From: Bacillota bacterium | GTDB lineage: Bacteria; Bacillota; Sulfobacillia; JAUYEG01 | NCBI GenBank assembly: GCA_040766985.1 | Contig: JAXGPL010000011.1 | Span: 24,095-88,094 of the forward strand | Reading direction: 5' to 3' | Length of the DNA stretch: 64,000 nucleotides | Part shown: piece by piece, positions 62,741 through 64,000 of the stretch | Layout: each line of letters starts with the position of its first letter | Numbering within the stretch: the stretch's first letter is position 1 | Position numbers and translations under genes: made by a program | The notes under the pieces: model-generated | Database searches by the model: none | Told to the model about the DNA's origin: nothing | The model's input: only the letters and a program-made list of their open reading frames with translations

Positions 62741-63317
62741 TGGAGTTGCTCCTGTTTTCGTGGACAGTCTGACGCTATGTAGCGACTGCCCTTTGATTGC
62801 ACCGATTCTTGCCTTTGCTGCGAGTTCGCCATTATCCTCTCGTAGTCATCTGGACTCACATACCCGAGGGCGGAATGACGCCGCTTCCGGGTTGTAGAAC
62901 CCCTCAAGGTACCCGAAGATCGCCGTTGCCAGGGCCTTGCCTGGTTGGCCAGTGGTCTCGGTCTGGGCAGCCCGTTTGCAGACTGGCGAAGAAGCTCGGC
63001 CATCGCGTTATCCAAGGCGTCGCCCACTGTGCCCATTGAGCCCAGGATGCCCGCCTGCTCAAGCCGATTGCGGAAAGTGACGGCGGTATATTGCGAACCG
63101 TGATCTGAATGGTGATCAGGCTCTGGGTCGGCTGCCGCGCTGCCAGACGGCCATGTTCACGGCCCTCAACACGAGATCCGTCTTGGCTCGAGCATCCATC
63201 GCCCACCCGACAACTCCTCGGTGGAGTACGCATCTAGCACTGTCGCTAGGTATAACCAACCCTCGCCGGTGGAGTGCTGGAGTAAGATCGGCGACCCACA
63301 ACTGGTTTGGCCTAGAC
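62741..63317 (-). mobile_element. degraded IS3-family element (transposase C-terminal part plus terminal IR)
   Basis: RPNQLWVADLT, VVGWAM, DNAMAE, RRHSALGYVSP fragments over several frames; terminal TGGAGTTGCTCCTGTTTTCGTGGACA at 62741. Confidence 0.82.
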
Positions 63318-64000
63318 TGCGTAATCCAGTGAATTCGACCACTCAGTCCAGACGAAAGTGACCACCGATTCCAATCCATTCCTCGACCAGTGAATCCAGC
63401 CCATTGCGACCACCTGTCGGAGCGAAGAGCGACGCACGGCGTGTTCAACTCTTGCTCTTGAGTGGTTTGGTGTTCAACCCTGGGTTGGTCCTTCCGCATG
63501 GATTCCCCTTCATCTCGATTTTGTGAGCGTAGTGCACGAGCCGGTCGAGGATGGCGTCGGCCAGTGAGATCGGGCACCACGCTATGCCAGTGTTCGAGCG
63601 GAGCCCGGCTGGCGACGACGGTGGAGAATCGCCGGCTGCGTCCGCTGATGACCTCAAGGAGATCGCGACCCTCAGATGGAGTAACCGGGCGCAAGGCCCC
63701 AGTCGTCGAGGATGAGGCGAGTTGTGTCCAGCCAACTGGTTCATGCGCTTGGGATATGAGCGCCGTCGCCTTTGGCTAGCGCAACATCCTCGAGGATCTG
63801 TGGCACCCGGGATTATGCGGAACAGTCTGCCGGCAGGCGGCGTTGCCGAGGGCGCACGCAATGAAGGTCTTGCCGGCGCCAGTGGGGCCGGTGATCACCA
63901 CGTTCTGCCCACGGGCCAGCCAGTCGCCGGTCGATAGGTGCCTCAGCAGGCTGCGGTCGAGGCCGCGGGGTGCGTAATCGATGTCCTCAAGACAGGCGCT
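63318..64000 (-). mobile_element. istB: IS21-family element: frameshifted istB helper ATPase and right end (continues past window)
   Basis: GPTGAGKT Walker A, LDDWG Walker B, ADAILDRLVH, GESMRK; end TGCGTAATCCAGTGAATTCGACCA with four TCCA...GACCA internal repeats. Confidence 0.85.

Overview
High-GC chromosomal segment from an endospore-forming Bacillota (Firmicutes) bacterium. Most of it is the conserved Bacillus/Clostridium block comEA/comEC-holA-rpsT-spoIIP-hrcA-dnaJ-prmA-rsmE-mtaB-rpsU-yqeY-nfeD-floA-yqfCD-phoH-pgpH-ybeY-cdd-era-recO-glyQS-ppsR-ppdK-dgt-dnaG-sigA. A tRNA-Asn and decayed, nested IS3/IS21 elements lie at the right end. At least 13 genes, including normally essential ones (dnaG, glyS) and rpsU, carry 1-2 nt indels, so the assembly probably contains sequencing errors. 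Most notable points: (1) the CIRCE/HrcA heat-shock operon encodes an archaeal-like (group III-type) chaperonin directly between hrcA and dnaJ, with no grpE-dnaK; (2) an uncharacterised four-gene membrane operon (DUF6754-like) is preceded by a multi-stem leader with a terminator-like stem (candidate new riboswitch) and two pairs of direct repeats; (3) the mgtE leader has an unannotated CTG-initiated 29-aa uORF and a mutually exclusive anti-Shine-Dalgarno structure; (4) a holin-like gene occupies the gpr position behind a sigmaF-like promoter; (5) SfsA appears internally deleted; (6) several sigmaH-type promoters occur, including one before comEA and one inside dnaG. All calls are by eye from sequence and motif knowledge; no searches were run.
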